From NCBI GenBank assembly GCA_963662545.2, contig CAXXLL010000003.1:480001-544000 (forward strand): a stretch of 64,000 bases of DNA, written 5' to 3'. Source of the DNA: Gammaproteobacteria bacterium. GTDB lineage: Bacteria > Pseudomonadota > Gammaproteobacteria > Ga0077536. This document shows positions 1 through 8,899 of the stretch, one piece after another. How positions within the stretch are numbered: the stretch's first letter is position 1; every line of letters begins with the position of its first letter. The notes beneath the pieces are model-generated. The model saw only the letters and a list, made by a program, of their open reading frames with translations. It was not told the DNA's origin and ran no database searches. The position numbers and the translations under genes were made by a program.

Positions 1-648
1 CGCCATCAGGAACGGCGCATCGTTTTTTGCCGGTTTGACCCGGGCCGTACCCGTGACTGCAGCGGTGGTCTGCGAGGCGGGATGCAGCATCGACAGGCCG
101 AGGCCGCCGTTGGTCGGCGTCACGACGGGTTGCTGATAAACGCGCACCCGCCCGGATTTCGAATCGTAGGACACGGCTGCCAGATACCAAACCTTGCGCA
201 TGAGCGCCTTGCCGCTCGAGACTGTCGCGACCTTGCCCTTGCCGTCGCCGATCCAGCAGGCCAGGCAAGCCTTCTCGTCAACAAACATACCGTAGCCGCT
301 CTTTCGCGGACCCACCCACTTTGTCAGGATCCCCTGCACACCTTTGTCCGGTGTGGTTGGAAAGATGAAAGCCTGCAAAGTGAAGCTCTGCAGGTCCATG
401 CGGTGATCCGGCTGTGTACAGACGTAGGATCCACCGTGGATCCTCTGGTTTCTGCCCTTGTATTTTTTGTTGCACGGCGCGCGCACGAGCTTTTCCTTGA
501 AGCCCGGCCCTTCCGGATTCGTATCGCCGTGGATCAAGCGAACGATGTCGGCGTGATAGTCTTCGTTCTTTTCGGCGTTGACGTAAAATGTGATCTCGTC
601 GCCGGGGCAGACCGAGTACTTGTCGCTGTAGCCCGTGATCCTGAGCAT
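1..648 (-). CDS. N,N-dimethylformamidase large (beta) subunit family protein, paralog 2; 5' part only, runs off window start
   Basis: Absent from the ORF track. Manual translation from ATG at 648 gives MLRITGYSDKYSVCPGDEITFYVNAEKNEDYHADIVRLIHGDTNPEGPGFKE...APFLMA, clearly paralogous to the 804-aa ORF at 1716-4130. Confidence 0.88.
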   Translation of the reverse strand, partial: MLRITGYSDKYSVCPGDEITFYVNAEKNEDYHADIVRLIHGDTNPEGPGFKEKLVRAPCNKKYKGRNQRIHGGSYVCTQPDHRMDLQSFTLQAFIFPTTPDKGVQGILTKWVGPRKSGYGMFVDEKACLACWIGDGKGKVATVSSGKALMRKVWYLAAVSYDSKSGRVRVYQQPVVTPTNGGLGLSMLHPASQTTAAVTGTARVKPAKNDAPFLMA

Positions 649-695
649 GGGAATTCTCCGCTTTTTATATCAGTCGGTAACGACTGCCGCCGACC

Positions 696-711
696 TTTTG
701 CGATAGGTTCT
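696..711. repeat. Solo terminal inverted repeat of MITE family C (AGAACCTATCGCAAAA)
   Basis: TTTTGCGATAGGTTCT nearly matches the right end of the 34291-34467 element and overlaps the TAG stop of the 710-1117 gene. Confidence 0.55.
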
Positions 712-1117
712 AAGGACCGTACTCCTTCAGGAATTCCTTAACCCGCCTCACAAAAATGGCATGCTCGCACGAACCCTCCGAGGGATAGGGCTTCGCGAGG
801 ATCTTGACGGGCTTACCGCGTATGCCCGTGACGATACCGATGCGGTAATCCTTATGCGGTTTCATGCAGACGCGCACGTACTTGCCCTCCATCGGTTGAC
901 GCCGGAACTTGTCGAGCACGCGTGCGAGGTCACCGCCGTGCTTCACTGCGGCCGTGCCGGCTTTGCCAGGCCGACCGATCGGATTATTGCGATGTTCTTC
1001 GATGAGCGCCTTGCGCGTCGCGGGATCGGTGAGTAGCGGCAGGATGTGAGTGCGGGTAATGAAATCGTCGGTCTGCGTATATCCGCGGTTTTCTTGTACG
1101 CCGGTCTTGCGCGCCAT
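710..1117 (-). CDS. N,N-dimethylformamidase small (alpha) subunit family protein
   Basis: 135 aa from ATG 1117 after an AGGGG RBS. Motif LIEEHRNNPIG...LARVLDKFRRQPMEGKY...EHAIFVRR. Lies directly upstream of a large subunit gene. Confidence 0.8.
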   Translation of the reverse strand: MARKTGVQENRGYTQTDDFITRTHILPLLTDPATRKALIEEHRNNPIGRPGKAGTAAVKHGGDLARVLDKFRRQPMEGKYVRVCMKPHKDYRIGIVTGIRGKPVKILAKPYPSEGSCEHAIFVRRVKEFLKEYGP

Positions 1118-1282
1118 GGTCTTTCCCCTAAGTCCACGATGGACGATCAAACGGCGGCATGCGTCCGCCGCCTTATTCGAGAATCTTGATTCGGGCCGTG
1201 AAAAAATTCGCCGAATTTTGTTCTCTTCGAAGTAGACCGCTTAGGCGAGAGAGAATCAAGTGTTCCCGCCCGTGATAGGCGA

Positions 1283-1708
1283 TCACGATACCGGTGTGCC
1301 CGGTTCGCAGGCGCGCATGGCCTGCGCTTTGTCGCGCGCCTCCGCCTCGCTTGCGAATATCAGGTCTTCGAATACCTGCACTGGGCGCGCCGCATCCGCA
1401 CGCAACTGCCCGACGGCCCAGCGCTGGCCGGGCTCGACGCAGACGACCACGTACCAGCTTTCGACCGGACCGGGCCGGCAGTGGTTGAGCTTGAACAGGA
1501 GCTTCGCGAGGATCGCATAACGCCCGCCGTCGGCTGGCAGCACCTTCCCGTCTTCCTCGTCGTGGCGCTCGCCGAACTTTCGCCACAGCATGCTGCCTTC
1601 CGGCATGACGCCGGCATCATCGATTTCGAGCGTCTGCTCGGCGCGGAACGCGGGATGCACCCACCAGAAATGGTCGCCTAGCTGCGTGCTCGAGTCTTTG
1701 ACGTTCAT
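1283..1708 (-). CDS. Hypothetical protein, divergent DMFase small-subunit-like
   Basis: Starts just after the large-subunit stop. Its C-terminal half (LAKLLFKL..YVVVCVEPGQRWAVGQL..PVQVFEDLIFASEAEA) aligns by eye with both small subunits. Confidence 0.55.
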   Translation of the reverse strand: MNVKDSSTQLGDHFWWVHPAFRAEQTLEIDDAGVMPEGSMLWRKFGERHDEEDGKVLPADGGRYAILAKLLFKLNHCRPGPVESWYVVVCVEPGQRWAVGQLRADAARPVQVFEDLIFASEAEARDKAQAMRACEPGTPVS

Positions 1709-1715
1709 GTTGCGC

Positions 1716-4130
1716 TCATGGCAGGGGACCATTCTTTACGAAACCATCGATCACGTTCTGCATGATGCGGGAGATATTATTGTCGTAACCATTGTGTGAC
1801 AGGGACCCGATCCAGGTCATCGATCCGACCGAGAACACCGCGCCGTCGTTCGGCGTTTTGTAATAAACGATGTCCGCGCGTGTCCTGGGATTGGATTCGC
1901 CGGTGCCCGCCAGAAAGCTGCCGCGCGCATGAAAGGTCGAATCCTCGGATACGCTGACGTAAATGTCATTATGGCCTTCGGAATGCGCGAGCAGGTAGGC
2001 GCGGTGCGGTGTACCGAGTTCGAGATCGTAGCGATCGAGTTCGAGGCCCGCCGCGCCACCACCGACTAAGCCAAAGTCGCCAATCGGCTCGTCCTTGCTG
2101 ACACCGTCCATGATCCAGGCGCACTCCGGCAGTTCGCTGTCGGGCGCGCGCCGATAATAGGACGAATAAGTCAGGCCAAACGAAGTAAAGACCACGCCCA
2201 GCAATTTCGACATCACGCGTCCGCGTACACGCCACAGGCCGCCGTGTTTACCGTCGAAGGCATTGCAGTATTCGCCGGGCTGGATGGTCCAGGCGCGCGT
2301 ACCGTTGTCGCCCTTGCGCACTTCTATGATGTTGGGGTTGTCCGGGTGCGGCACGGTTACCCAGTAAAATCCATTGGCCGCGAGATAGCACCAGCGCCCG
2401 CCTTGCATCTGATAATCGTGATAGGCATCCATCATGTGCTCGCTGATGTATTCCGGATGATGGCCGGTCAGCACGCAGCGGTATTGATTGAGCAGGTCGA
2501 TGCCTTCGCGTTCGAGATCTTCGTCACAGTGATAGTCGACGGCGTAGCCCTTCTCTTCCAGCCAGTCGACCAGGTGCAGATCTGCGTTGAGCTGCCATAG
2601 CGAGGGCGACAAGACGTGTATGTATTTCGGCCGCATGTTCAAGATCGGGCGCAGCCGGGAAGACACGTTGACGCCCCAGCCGTCGCGATAAGTGGTGTAG
2701 GTACCGAGCCCATAACCCCGCTCCTTGTTGAGCAGCAGATCGCCGGGCTGCAACAAGGGCACCTGGCCGGTCAGCAACTGCGCGACCACGGAGTTGACGC
2801 TCAGATTGTCGTTGGCATAAGCCATGTAGCTAAAGGTGGACATGATCACCGCGATCTCAGCGCCGGATCCGCCGGCCGGCGGTCGCACGAAGAACGGAAT
2901 ATAGTCCTCGGTTTCGGCGATCGCCTCACCATTGACTCGCATTCTCAACGCGTAAACTCCGCTGCGAGTGCCTTCGGGCACCGCCCAGCTCAATTGCGAT
3001 TCCCAGCGTGCGTCGTCGACCGATTCGTCGTGGAAATGGATAGCGCCGTACTCTTGTGGACCATGCTTGAAGCTCATGTAGTCCGACGACCAATTGAATC
3101 CCGGTACGCCGCGCACCGGCATGTTCACGCCTTGTCCGTCAGCGCCATCGATCCCGGTATCAATAATGGTCGTCGAGGCCGCGTTCTCGCCGATGTTCGC
3201 GGCGAAATCCCAGGCTCCGACGACGCTCGCGCGCATTTCATTCGGAAGGTACTCGACGCCGGCTGCGCCGAGGAGCATTTCAATCTCGGCTTGGGACATC
3301 GCGCGCTCGGCGATCCGGGGCCGCTCGATCTTGCCGTTGTACTTGTCCGTGTGCGCGGGGATCTCCCAGGGCTCGGTGAGATCCTTGAAATGCGCGCCGC
3401 CGATCGACCGGCCCGAGTATGTCTTCAAGGTACTGGCCGCCATCAGGAACGGGCAGTCGTTGGTTGCGGGCGCGGCGCCCGCAAGCGTGGTCTCGACCGA
3501 AGCATCGGTGTCTTCGAGGGGGTGCAGCATGCTCATGCCGTGTCCGGCGTTGGTGTTGGTGACGACGGCTTTTTGCGAAACGTACACGGTGCCCGACGCG
3601 ACATCGTAACTTGCCGCGACCTTGTACCAGACTTTGCGAAAGAGCGGCTTGCCGGTGGAAATTTCCTCGCCCCGGCCGTTGCCAGGACCGAGCTTCAGCG
3701 AGAGTTCCCCGGCCTCGTTGATAAACAGGCCGTAACCGGTCTGTTCCGCTGCGTTCCACTTGGTGAGTATGCCCTGTGTACCGACGGCGACGCCCTCGTT
3801 ATCGGTGAGGGGCGTCGTCGGATAGACATAGGCACACAGCGTAAAGCTTCGAACATCGAAGCGCTTCGAGTGCGGCACCATGACGTAGCTGCCGGCATGC
3901 AGCGGCTGGTGCTTGCCCTGGTGCGTGCCGCTCAGCGGCGAGGCGATCAATTCTTCCTTGAAACCGGGGCCCTGTGGATTCGTATCGCCGTGAATCAGGC
4001 GGACGATTTCCGCTTCGAAGGATTCATTCTGCTCCGCGTTGACATGGAACCGTACGGTGTCGCCGGGCCGCGCCGAAAAGCGATCAGAGTAGCCTGTGAT
4101 TCTTAGCATGCATGACTGCGTGTCGGCCAT
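1716..4130 (-). CDS. N,N-dimethylformamidase large (beta) subunit family protein
   Basis: 804 aa. LamG-like N-terminal region, then YGAIHFHD, YMAYAN, LRPILNMRPK, TGHHPEY, YLAANGFYW and GLELDR motifs typical of DMFase beta subunits. Confidence 0.9.
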   Translation of the reverse strand: MADTQSCMLRITGYSDRFSARPGDTVRFHVNAEQNESFEAEIVRLIHGDTNPQGPGFKEELIASPLSGTHQGKHQPLHAGSYVMVPHSKRFDVRSFTLCAYVYPTTPLTDNEGVAVGTQGILTKWNAAEQTGYGLFINEAGELSLKLGPGNGRGEEISTGKPLFRKVWYKVAASYDVASGTVYVSQKAVVTNTNAGHGMSMLHPLEDTDASVETTLAGAAPATNDCPFLMAASTLKTYSGRSIGGAHFKDLTEPWEIPAHTDKYNGKIERPRIAERAMSQAEIEMLLGAAGVEYLPNEMRASVVGAWDFAANIGENAASTTIIDTGIDGADGQGVNMPVRGVPGFNWSSDYMSFKHGPQEYGAIHFHDESVDDARWESQLSWAVPEGTRSGVYALRMRVNGEAIAETEDYIPFFVRPPAGGSGAEIAVIMSTFSYMAYANDNLSVNSVVAQLLTGQVPLLQPGDLLLNKERGYGLGTYTTYRDGWGVNVSSRLRPILNMRPKYIHVLSPSLWQLNADLHLVDWLEEKGYAVDYHCDEDLEREGIDLLNQYRCVLTGHHPEYISEHMMDAYHDYQMQGGRWCYLAANGFYWVTVPHPDNPNIIEVRKGDNGTRAWTIQPGEYCNAFDGKHGGLWRVRGRVMSKLLGVVFTSFGLTYSSYYRRAPDSELPECAWIMDGVSKDEPIGDFGLVGGGAAGLELDRYDLELGTPHRAYLLAHSEGHNDIYVSVSEDSTFHARGSFLAGTGESNPRTRADIVYYKTPNDGAVFSVGSMTWIGSLSHNGYDNNISRIMQNVIDGFVKNGPLP

Positions 4131-4133
4131 CGT

Positions 4134-4571
4134 CTAGACCTCCATGTCAATGCCGTAGTGCTCGCACAGCGCCTTCAAGCGTTTGAGAAAGATCGCGTGT
4201 TCTGCATCTTCGCGCTTCGGGTAGGTCTCGCCGGTCAGTTCGACCACTCCGCCCCGCCGTCCGGGCAGGATCGCGATGGTGTATTCTTCCCAGGGTTTCG
4301 TTTCGACGATAGTGTGCTTGCCCGCTTGCGGTATCACGCGCAGCTTGTCGAGCAGGCGCTTGAGCGGCAGGCTGTTTAAAGGGGCCGCTTCACCGGCCTG
4401 GGTCGCCGCGCCGCGAGGGGCCTTACGGTGTTCGGCGATGATTTCGTCGCGCGAAGCCTTCTGCGCTAGATGCGGCAAGATGTACATCCGAGTGTCATAG
4501 TCGTCGACCGCTGCAAAGGAATGATCTTTCTGCAGCGCCGTATCGGGTTTGGCGTGAGATTCTCTGGCCAT
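4134..4571 (-). CDS. N,N-dimethylformamidase small (alpha) subunit family protein
   Basis: 145 aa with GGAGG RBS. IIAEHRKAP...LKRLLDKLR..PQAGK...AEHAIFLKRL. Ends 3 bp before the large subunit start. Confidence 0.82.
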   Translation of the reverse strand: MARESHAKPDTALQKDHSFAAVDDYDTRMYILPHLAQKASRDEIIAEHRKAPRGAATQAGEAAPLNSLPLKRLLDKLRVIPQAGKHTIVETKPWEEYTIAILPGRRGGVVELTGETYPKREDAEHAIFLKRLKALCEHYGIDMEV

Positions 4572-4710
4572 TCGAGTTCCTCCGTGACGCCGCCGCGGCC
4601 GACCTCAGAAGACGGAAAGGTCGGCCCAATCGCCTAGAAACACCTCTTGGCGGGCGTTCCAAAAGTTTCACTGTATGAATTATTATTTAATAACGTTAAA
4701 ACTCTAACCG

Positions 4711-4731
4711 GTATCGAGTCAAGTTCGATAC
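4711..4731. promoter_or_regulatory. Candidate operator palindrome GTATCGA-N7-TCGATAC in the divergent dmf/bCerS promoter region
   Basis: Perfect 7-bp inverted repeat overlapping a minus-strand TTGACT (-35-like) hexamer, next to an AT-rich tract at 4675-4705. Confidence 0.35.
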
Positions 4732-4798
4732 GGGGGGCTTGGTCTGCCTCGGGTATCGGTTTATACGCTGGTTCGACTTGGCTAACATGCTAGCGCCG

Positions 4799-5944
4799 AT
4801 GAATTCGATTCACACCGCACCCGTTTCCGTCGAACCCGTCAATGACGCGCGCCGCCTGAATGAATTTATTCGCGTGCCCTGGCGTGTCTTTCGCGACGAC
4901 CCCCACTGGGTACCGCCGCTTTTGATCGAGAGAAAAGACGCGCTGTCGCCCAAGCAGCCGGTATTCGGACATCTCGAATGGCAGGCCTGGGTCGCCTACC
5001 GAGACGGCGTGCCGATCGGCCGAATCTCGGCACAGATCGACCAGCTCCACCTCGAACGGTATCAGGACGGCACGGGTTTCTTTGGCTTCTTAGATGCCTG
5101 TGACGACGGCGCGGTGTTCGAAGCCCTTTTTGAGCAGGCTGAATCCTGGCTCATCGCGCGAGGCATACGGCGCGCGCGCGGACCATTTTCTCTCAATATC
5201 AACCAGGAAGTCGGCGTGCTGGTCAACGGTTTCGAAACACCGCCCTATTTCATGATGGGGCATGCCCGGCCCTATTACGGCGCAAGTATCGAACGCGCAG
5301 GCTACGGCAAGGCGATGGACGTTTTCGCCTATTTGATCAGCTCGAAGTTCGAACCACCGGCGGTGCTCGCCGCATTGATCGAACGATTGCGGAAACGCAT
5401 GCATATACGACCGCTGCAGCGCAAACACGCGGACGAAGACCTGGAGAAGATGCGCGAAATATTCAACGACGCATGGTCCGACAACTGGGGCTTCTTGCCG
5501 TTTGGCCGGGACGAGTTTCGCGCGATCGGCCGTGAGATGCTGATGCTCGTTCCCCACGATTTCATACAGATTGCCGAGATGAACGGCGAGGCGGTCGCGT
5601 TCATTGTTCTCCTGCCGAACCTGAATGAGGCGATCCGAGACTTGAATGGCCACTTGCTGCCCTTCGGTTGGGCCAAGCTCATTCATCGATTGAAGATCAA
5701 CTACCCGCGCACCGCACGTATTCCGCTGATGGGCGTACGCAAGAAACTTCACAATACGCGTCTTGGCCCCGGGCTTGCCTTGTCCGTGGTGCTCGCTCTT
5801 CAAGCGCCTGGACTCAGAAAGGGTCTTGAAGAGGTTGAGATGTCGTGGATACTGGAGGATAACGAAGCGATGAAGAACATGATTGAATCGCTCGGTGGGT
5901 ACGTCTCCAAGCGTTATCGCATCTACGAAAAAGACATCGCCTGA
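4799..5944 (+). CDS. Bacterial ceramide synthase (bCerS)-like GNAT/YghO-family N-acyltransferase
   Basis: Motifs DPHWVPPL, GRISAQID, GFFGF, RGPFSLNINQEVGVLV.GF, FNDAWSDNWGF, EMSWILEDN; same locus as spt, acp and cerR. Confidence 0.8.
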   Translation: MNSIHTAPVSVEPVNDARRLNEFIRVPWRVFRDDPHWVPPLLIERKDALSPKQPVFGHLEWQAWVAYRDGVPIGRISAQIDQLHLERYQDGTGFFGFLDACDDGAVFEALFEQAESWLIARGIRRARGPFSLNINQEVGVLVNGFETPPYFMMGHARPYYGASIERAGYGKAMDVFAYLISSKFEPPAVLAALIERLRKRMHIRPLQRKHADEDLEKMREIFNDAWSDNWGFLPFGRDEFRAIGREMLMLVPHDFIQIAEMNGEAVAFIVLLPNLNEAIRDLNGHLLPFGWAKLIHRLKINYPRTARIPLMGVRKKLHNTRLGPGLALSVVLALQAPGLRKGLEEVEMSWILEDNEAMKNMIESLGGYVSKRYRIYEKDIA

Positions 5945-5953
5945 CCAGCCCCG

Positions 5954-6736
5954 ATGGACGCAATGTGCGCAATCGTACTGGCCGGCGAGCGGCCCGGCGT
6001 CAATCGATTTGCCCTGGAACACGGAAAGGCGGCCGGCGTGCTGATTCCGGTGGCCGGCCGGTCCTGCATCGAACGCGTCATTACGACGCTCAGGACAAGC
6101 GCGGCGATTTCGGGGGGCATGATCGTCGGGCCGGCAGCGGCGGTCGTCGAAACGGACGCGGTGATGCAGTCGCTCATCGGCACAGGAGATTTTCACTGGA
6201 TCGAACCCGCGCGCGGGCCTTCGGCGAGTGCGCTCTCGGCCGTAGACCATTTAGGCCGCTATCCCGCCTTGATTACGGTTGGCGATCATGCGCTGCTCGA
6301 GCCTCATGTCGTCGATGAATTTTGCGCTACGGCCGTGCAATCGCACGCGGATTTCGTCGCCGGGCTGGTTCCCTTAGAGACCGTGAAGATCGCATTTCCC
6401 GAATCGCGGCGCACGATACTGCGATTCAGCGACGCCGCTTTCTGCAGCAGCAATTTGTTCCTCATCAAGAATCCGCAGGGCCGGGCCGCGCTGCGCTTGT
6501 GGACGCGGCTGGAAGACGACCGCAAGCGTCCTTGGCGGATCGCCGGGCAACTCAGATGGCTGACGCTGGCGCGGTATCTCACGCGCACTCTCTCGACCCG
6601 CGATACCTTTAACATACTGTCGAAGCGCAGCGGCTGCGAGGTCGTACACTGCACGGTAGACAATGCCAGAGCGGCCGTTGACATCGATTCCAACGATGAT
6701 CTTCGACTCGCCGAACGGGTACTTGCCGATGTCTGA
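5954..6736 (+). CDS. MobA-like NTP transferase (nucleotidyltransferase) of the sphingolipid locus
   Basis: N-terminal AIVLAG.R, GDHALL, NLF, RKRPWR, C-terminal AAVDID..DDL. Confidence 0.75.
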   Translation: MDAMCAIVLAGERPGVNRFALEHGKAAGVLIPVAGRSCIERVITTLRTSAAISGGMIVGPAAAVVETDAVMQSLIGTGDFHWIEPARGPSASALSAVDHLGRYPALITVGDHALLEPHVVDEFCATAVQSHADFVAGLVPLETVKIAFPESRRTILRFSDAAFCSSNLFLIKNPQGRAALRLWTRLEDDRKRPWRIAGQLRWLTLARYLTRTLSTRDTFNILSKRSGCEVVHCTVDNARAAVDIDSNDDLRLAERVLADV

Positions 6737-7484
6737 CTCGACTTCCCGGGAGCAAGGGATCAAAGCATGGCGGCGCAAACTCGTTCACCGCTTAGGCAAA
6801 AAGTTCCTGCGCTCAATTCTCGACTTCCAGGGCCGCCATTCACGGATCGGCACAGAGCCCGTCCTCGACAATGCAACTTTCAATTGGGTGCCCCAGCTCG
6901 AGGCTTCTTGGCCGCAGATCCGCTCCGAATTCGAGCAGGTTTGGGCCTATCCCGAGGATATACCCGCCTTTCATCAAATTTCGCCCGATCAGGCGCGCAT
7001 CTCGAAAGGAGATCATTGGAAAACCTTCGTACTTTTTATCTTCGGCAGGAAAATCCAACCGAATTGTGGTGAATGTCCGATCACTACGGCGCTTCTAGCC
7101 GGATTGCCGGGATTGCAAAACGCCTGGTTTTCGATCCTCGCGCCGCACTATCACATTCCGCCGCACCGGGGACCGACGCGCGCGTTGGTGCGCTGCCATC
7201 TCGCGCTGCGCGTCCCCGCGCAGGCCGAAAAATGCTGGATTCGAATCGACGAACAGATCTGTCAATGGGAAGAAGGTAAATGCCTGCTGTTCGATGACAC
7301 CTACGAGCACGAAGTCACCAACGACACGCCGGAATTCCGTGCAGTGCTGTTTCTGGATTTCGACCGGCCCATGGATCGCCTCGGGACGTGGTTTAATCGT
7401 TTCATATTAACGATCGTGCAGGCGACACACTATGTCAAAGACCCGATTCGAAATCTCGCCGAGTGGAATCGCCGCATATCCTAA
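6729..7484 (+). CDS. Aspartyl/asparaginyl beta-hydroxylase family (LpxO-like) Fe/2OG dioxygenase
   Basis: FSILAP..HIPPHRGP, RCHLAL, WEEGK.LLFDDTYEHEV.N, R.VLFLD motifs. The ATG overlaps the end of the upstream gene. Confidence 0.85.
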   Translation: MSDSTSREQGIKAWRRKLVHRLGKKFLRSILDFQGRHSRIGTEPVLDNATFNWVPQLEASWPQIRSEFEQVWAYPEDIPAFHQISPDQARISKGDHWKTFVLFIFGRKIQPNCGECPITTALLAGLPGLQNAWFSILAPHYHIPPHRGPTRALVRCHLALRVPAQAEKCWIRIDEQICQWEEGKCLLFDDTYEHEVTNDTPEFRAVLFLDFDRPMDRLGTWFNRFILTIVQATHYVKDPIRNLAEWNRRIS

Positions 7485-7591
7485 CGCACTCCCTGACGCC
7501 CGAGCGGACGGTTGCGTTATCGAACCGCAACTGCAATCGTGCTAGAGTCGCGCTGAGTTTACCGGCAAAAATTCTACAGAAAAACAACCCA

Positions 7592-8350
7592 ATGAAAGCG
7601 ATTATTCTGAGTGCCGGCCAGGGTCGACGATTGCTGCCCCTGACCGAAAAACAACCCAAGTGCGCCCTACCGGTCGCTGGGCGGTCCACACTCGAATGGC
7701 AGCTTCAGGAAATCGCGCGCTGCGATATCGACGAAGTCGTAGTCGTCACCGGATTCGGCGCCGATAAGGTCGACGAGATCGTCGCCCGCCAAACCGCAAT
7801 GCCCGTGCGCACACTCTACAATCCCTTCTACGCGCGCTGCGACAATCTCGGCACGTGCTGGGTGGCCCGTATCGAAATGAATCAGCCCTTCGTAATTATC
7901 AACGGGGATACACTGTTCGAAGCCGCGATCCTGCGCAAACTGCTGGACAGCAACACCGCTGCGCCAATCAAGCTGGTGACCGACACCAAAGCCGCTTATG
8001 ACAGCGACGATATGAAAGTAATCGTCGAGCAGGGGCGCCTGCGGCGCGTCAGTAAGCAGCTCGATACAGGCAAGGTCAACAGTGAATCGATCGGCATGAT
8101 GTCCTTTCGTGCTAACGGCCCCGGCGCATTCAGCCAAAAAGTGGAACATCTGATGCGCTCGAGCGAGGGCGTCAAGCAGTGGTATCTTTCCGCGATCGAC
8201 GAACTCGCCCAGGTAGGCCTCGTCGCGTCTTGTCCAATCGACGGCCTCAGCTGGTGCGAAATCGACGATCACGCCGATCTCGAATACGCCGCGACCGTCG
8301 TCAGCGAATGGGTTTCGACCGTCGATCCGGTCGCATCGGCCTGCGGCTGA
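7592..8350 (+). CDS. Phosphocholine cytidylyltransferase (LicC)-like nucleotidyltransferase
   Basis: MKAIILSAGQGRRLLPLT..PKC, INGDTLF, DDMKV, ESIG, WCEIDD..DL. Confidence 0.85.
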   Translation: MKAIILSAGQGRRLLPLTEKQPKCALPVAGRSTLEWQLQEIARCDIDEVVVVTGFGADKVDEIVARQTAMPVRTLYNPFYARCDNLGTCWVARIEMNQPFVIINGDTLFEAAILRKLLDSNTAAPIKLVTDTKAAYDSDDMKVIVEQGRLRRVSKQLDTGKVNSESIGMMSFRANGPGAFSQKVEHLMRSSEGVKQWYLSAIDELAQVGLVASCPIDGLSWCEIDDHADLEYAATVVSEWVSTVDPVASACG

Positions 8351-8389
8351 ATTGGCGTTCCTGACAATGGGACCTGCCGGAGCATCTTA

Positions 8390-8413
8390 TTCGCCCGCAA
8401 GCGGGCTCCTACA
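8390..8413 (-). repeat. GTAG-class REP element
   Basis: Reverse complement TGTAGGAGCCCGCTTGCGGGCGAA: GTAG followed by a GC-rich palindrome. Relatives at 23032-23091. Confidence 0.7.
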
Positions 8414-8421
8414 GGGGCCGC

Positions 8422-8853
8422 ATGGACGTGAATGAAACCATCCTCAAGTTTGGCTATCCGGACACTCTGATCGCAGATTATTCTTCCTGGATCGTCTTAT
8501 TGCGGCCGCAGCAGGCGACCCTCGGTGCGCTCATCCTGGCGAGCAAGGAACCCGTACAGGCTTTTGGTGACGTCTCGGCGGCCGGCTGCGAAGAACTCGC
8601 GCAGGTCACGCACGACATTGAACTCGCACTCGAAGCCGCCTTCTCTTTCGACAAGATCAACTACCTGATGCTGATGATGGTCGATAAGGACGTGCATTTT
8701 CACGTAATCCCGCGATACGCGGATGGTCGCTCGTTTGAGGGGATTGAATTCGAGGATCCGGGCTGGCCGGGGCCGCCGCGCCTGGACCACGCAACGAGCA
8801 CGGTCGCGTCCGTTAACAAACGCCTGGTCGATCGTTTAATCGAGGTCTGGTAA
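8422..8853 (+). CDS. HIT family nucleotide hydrolase
   Basis: KINYLMLMMVDKDVHFHVIPRY (histidine-triad variant). Confidence 0.85.
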   Translation: MDVNETILKFGYPDTLIADYSSWIVLLRPQQATLGALILASKEPVQAFGDVSAAGCEELAQVTHDIELALEAAFSFDKINYLMLMMVDKDVHFHVIPRYADGRSFEGIEFEDPGWPGPPRLDHATSTVASVNKRLVDRLIEVW

Positions 8854-8899
8854 AAGGGGTCCGCCGGAATATTCGACCTGGCAGCCGCTTTGACGATGC

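Noticed and set aside
82-741. 219-aa plus-strand ORF and other long antisense ORFs (e.g. 2616-4106, 5090-6250, 26612-27682, 61020-62174)
   Set aside because: Shadow ORFs opposite well-supported genes in GC-rich DNA, with no recognisable motifs.
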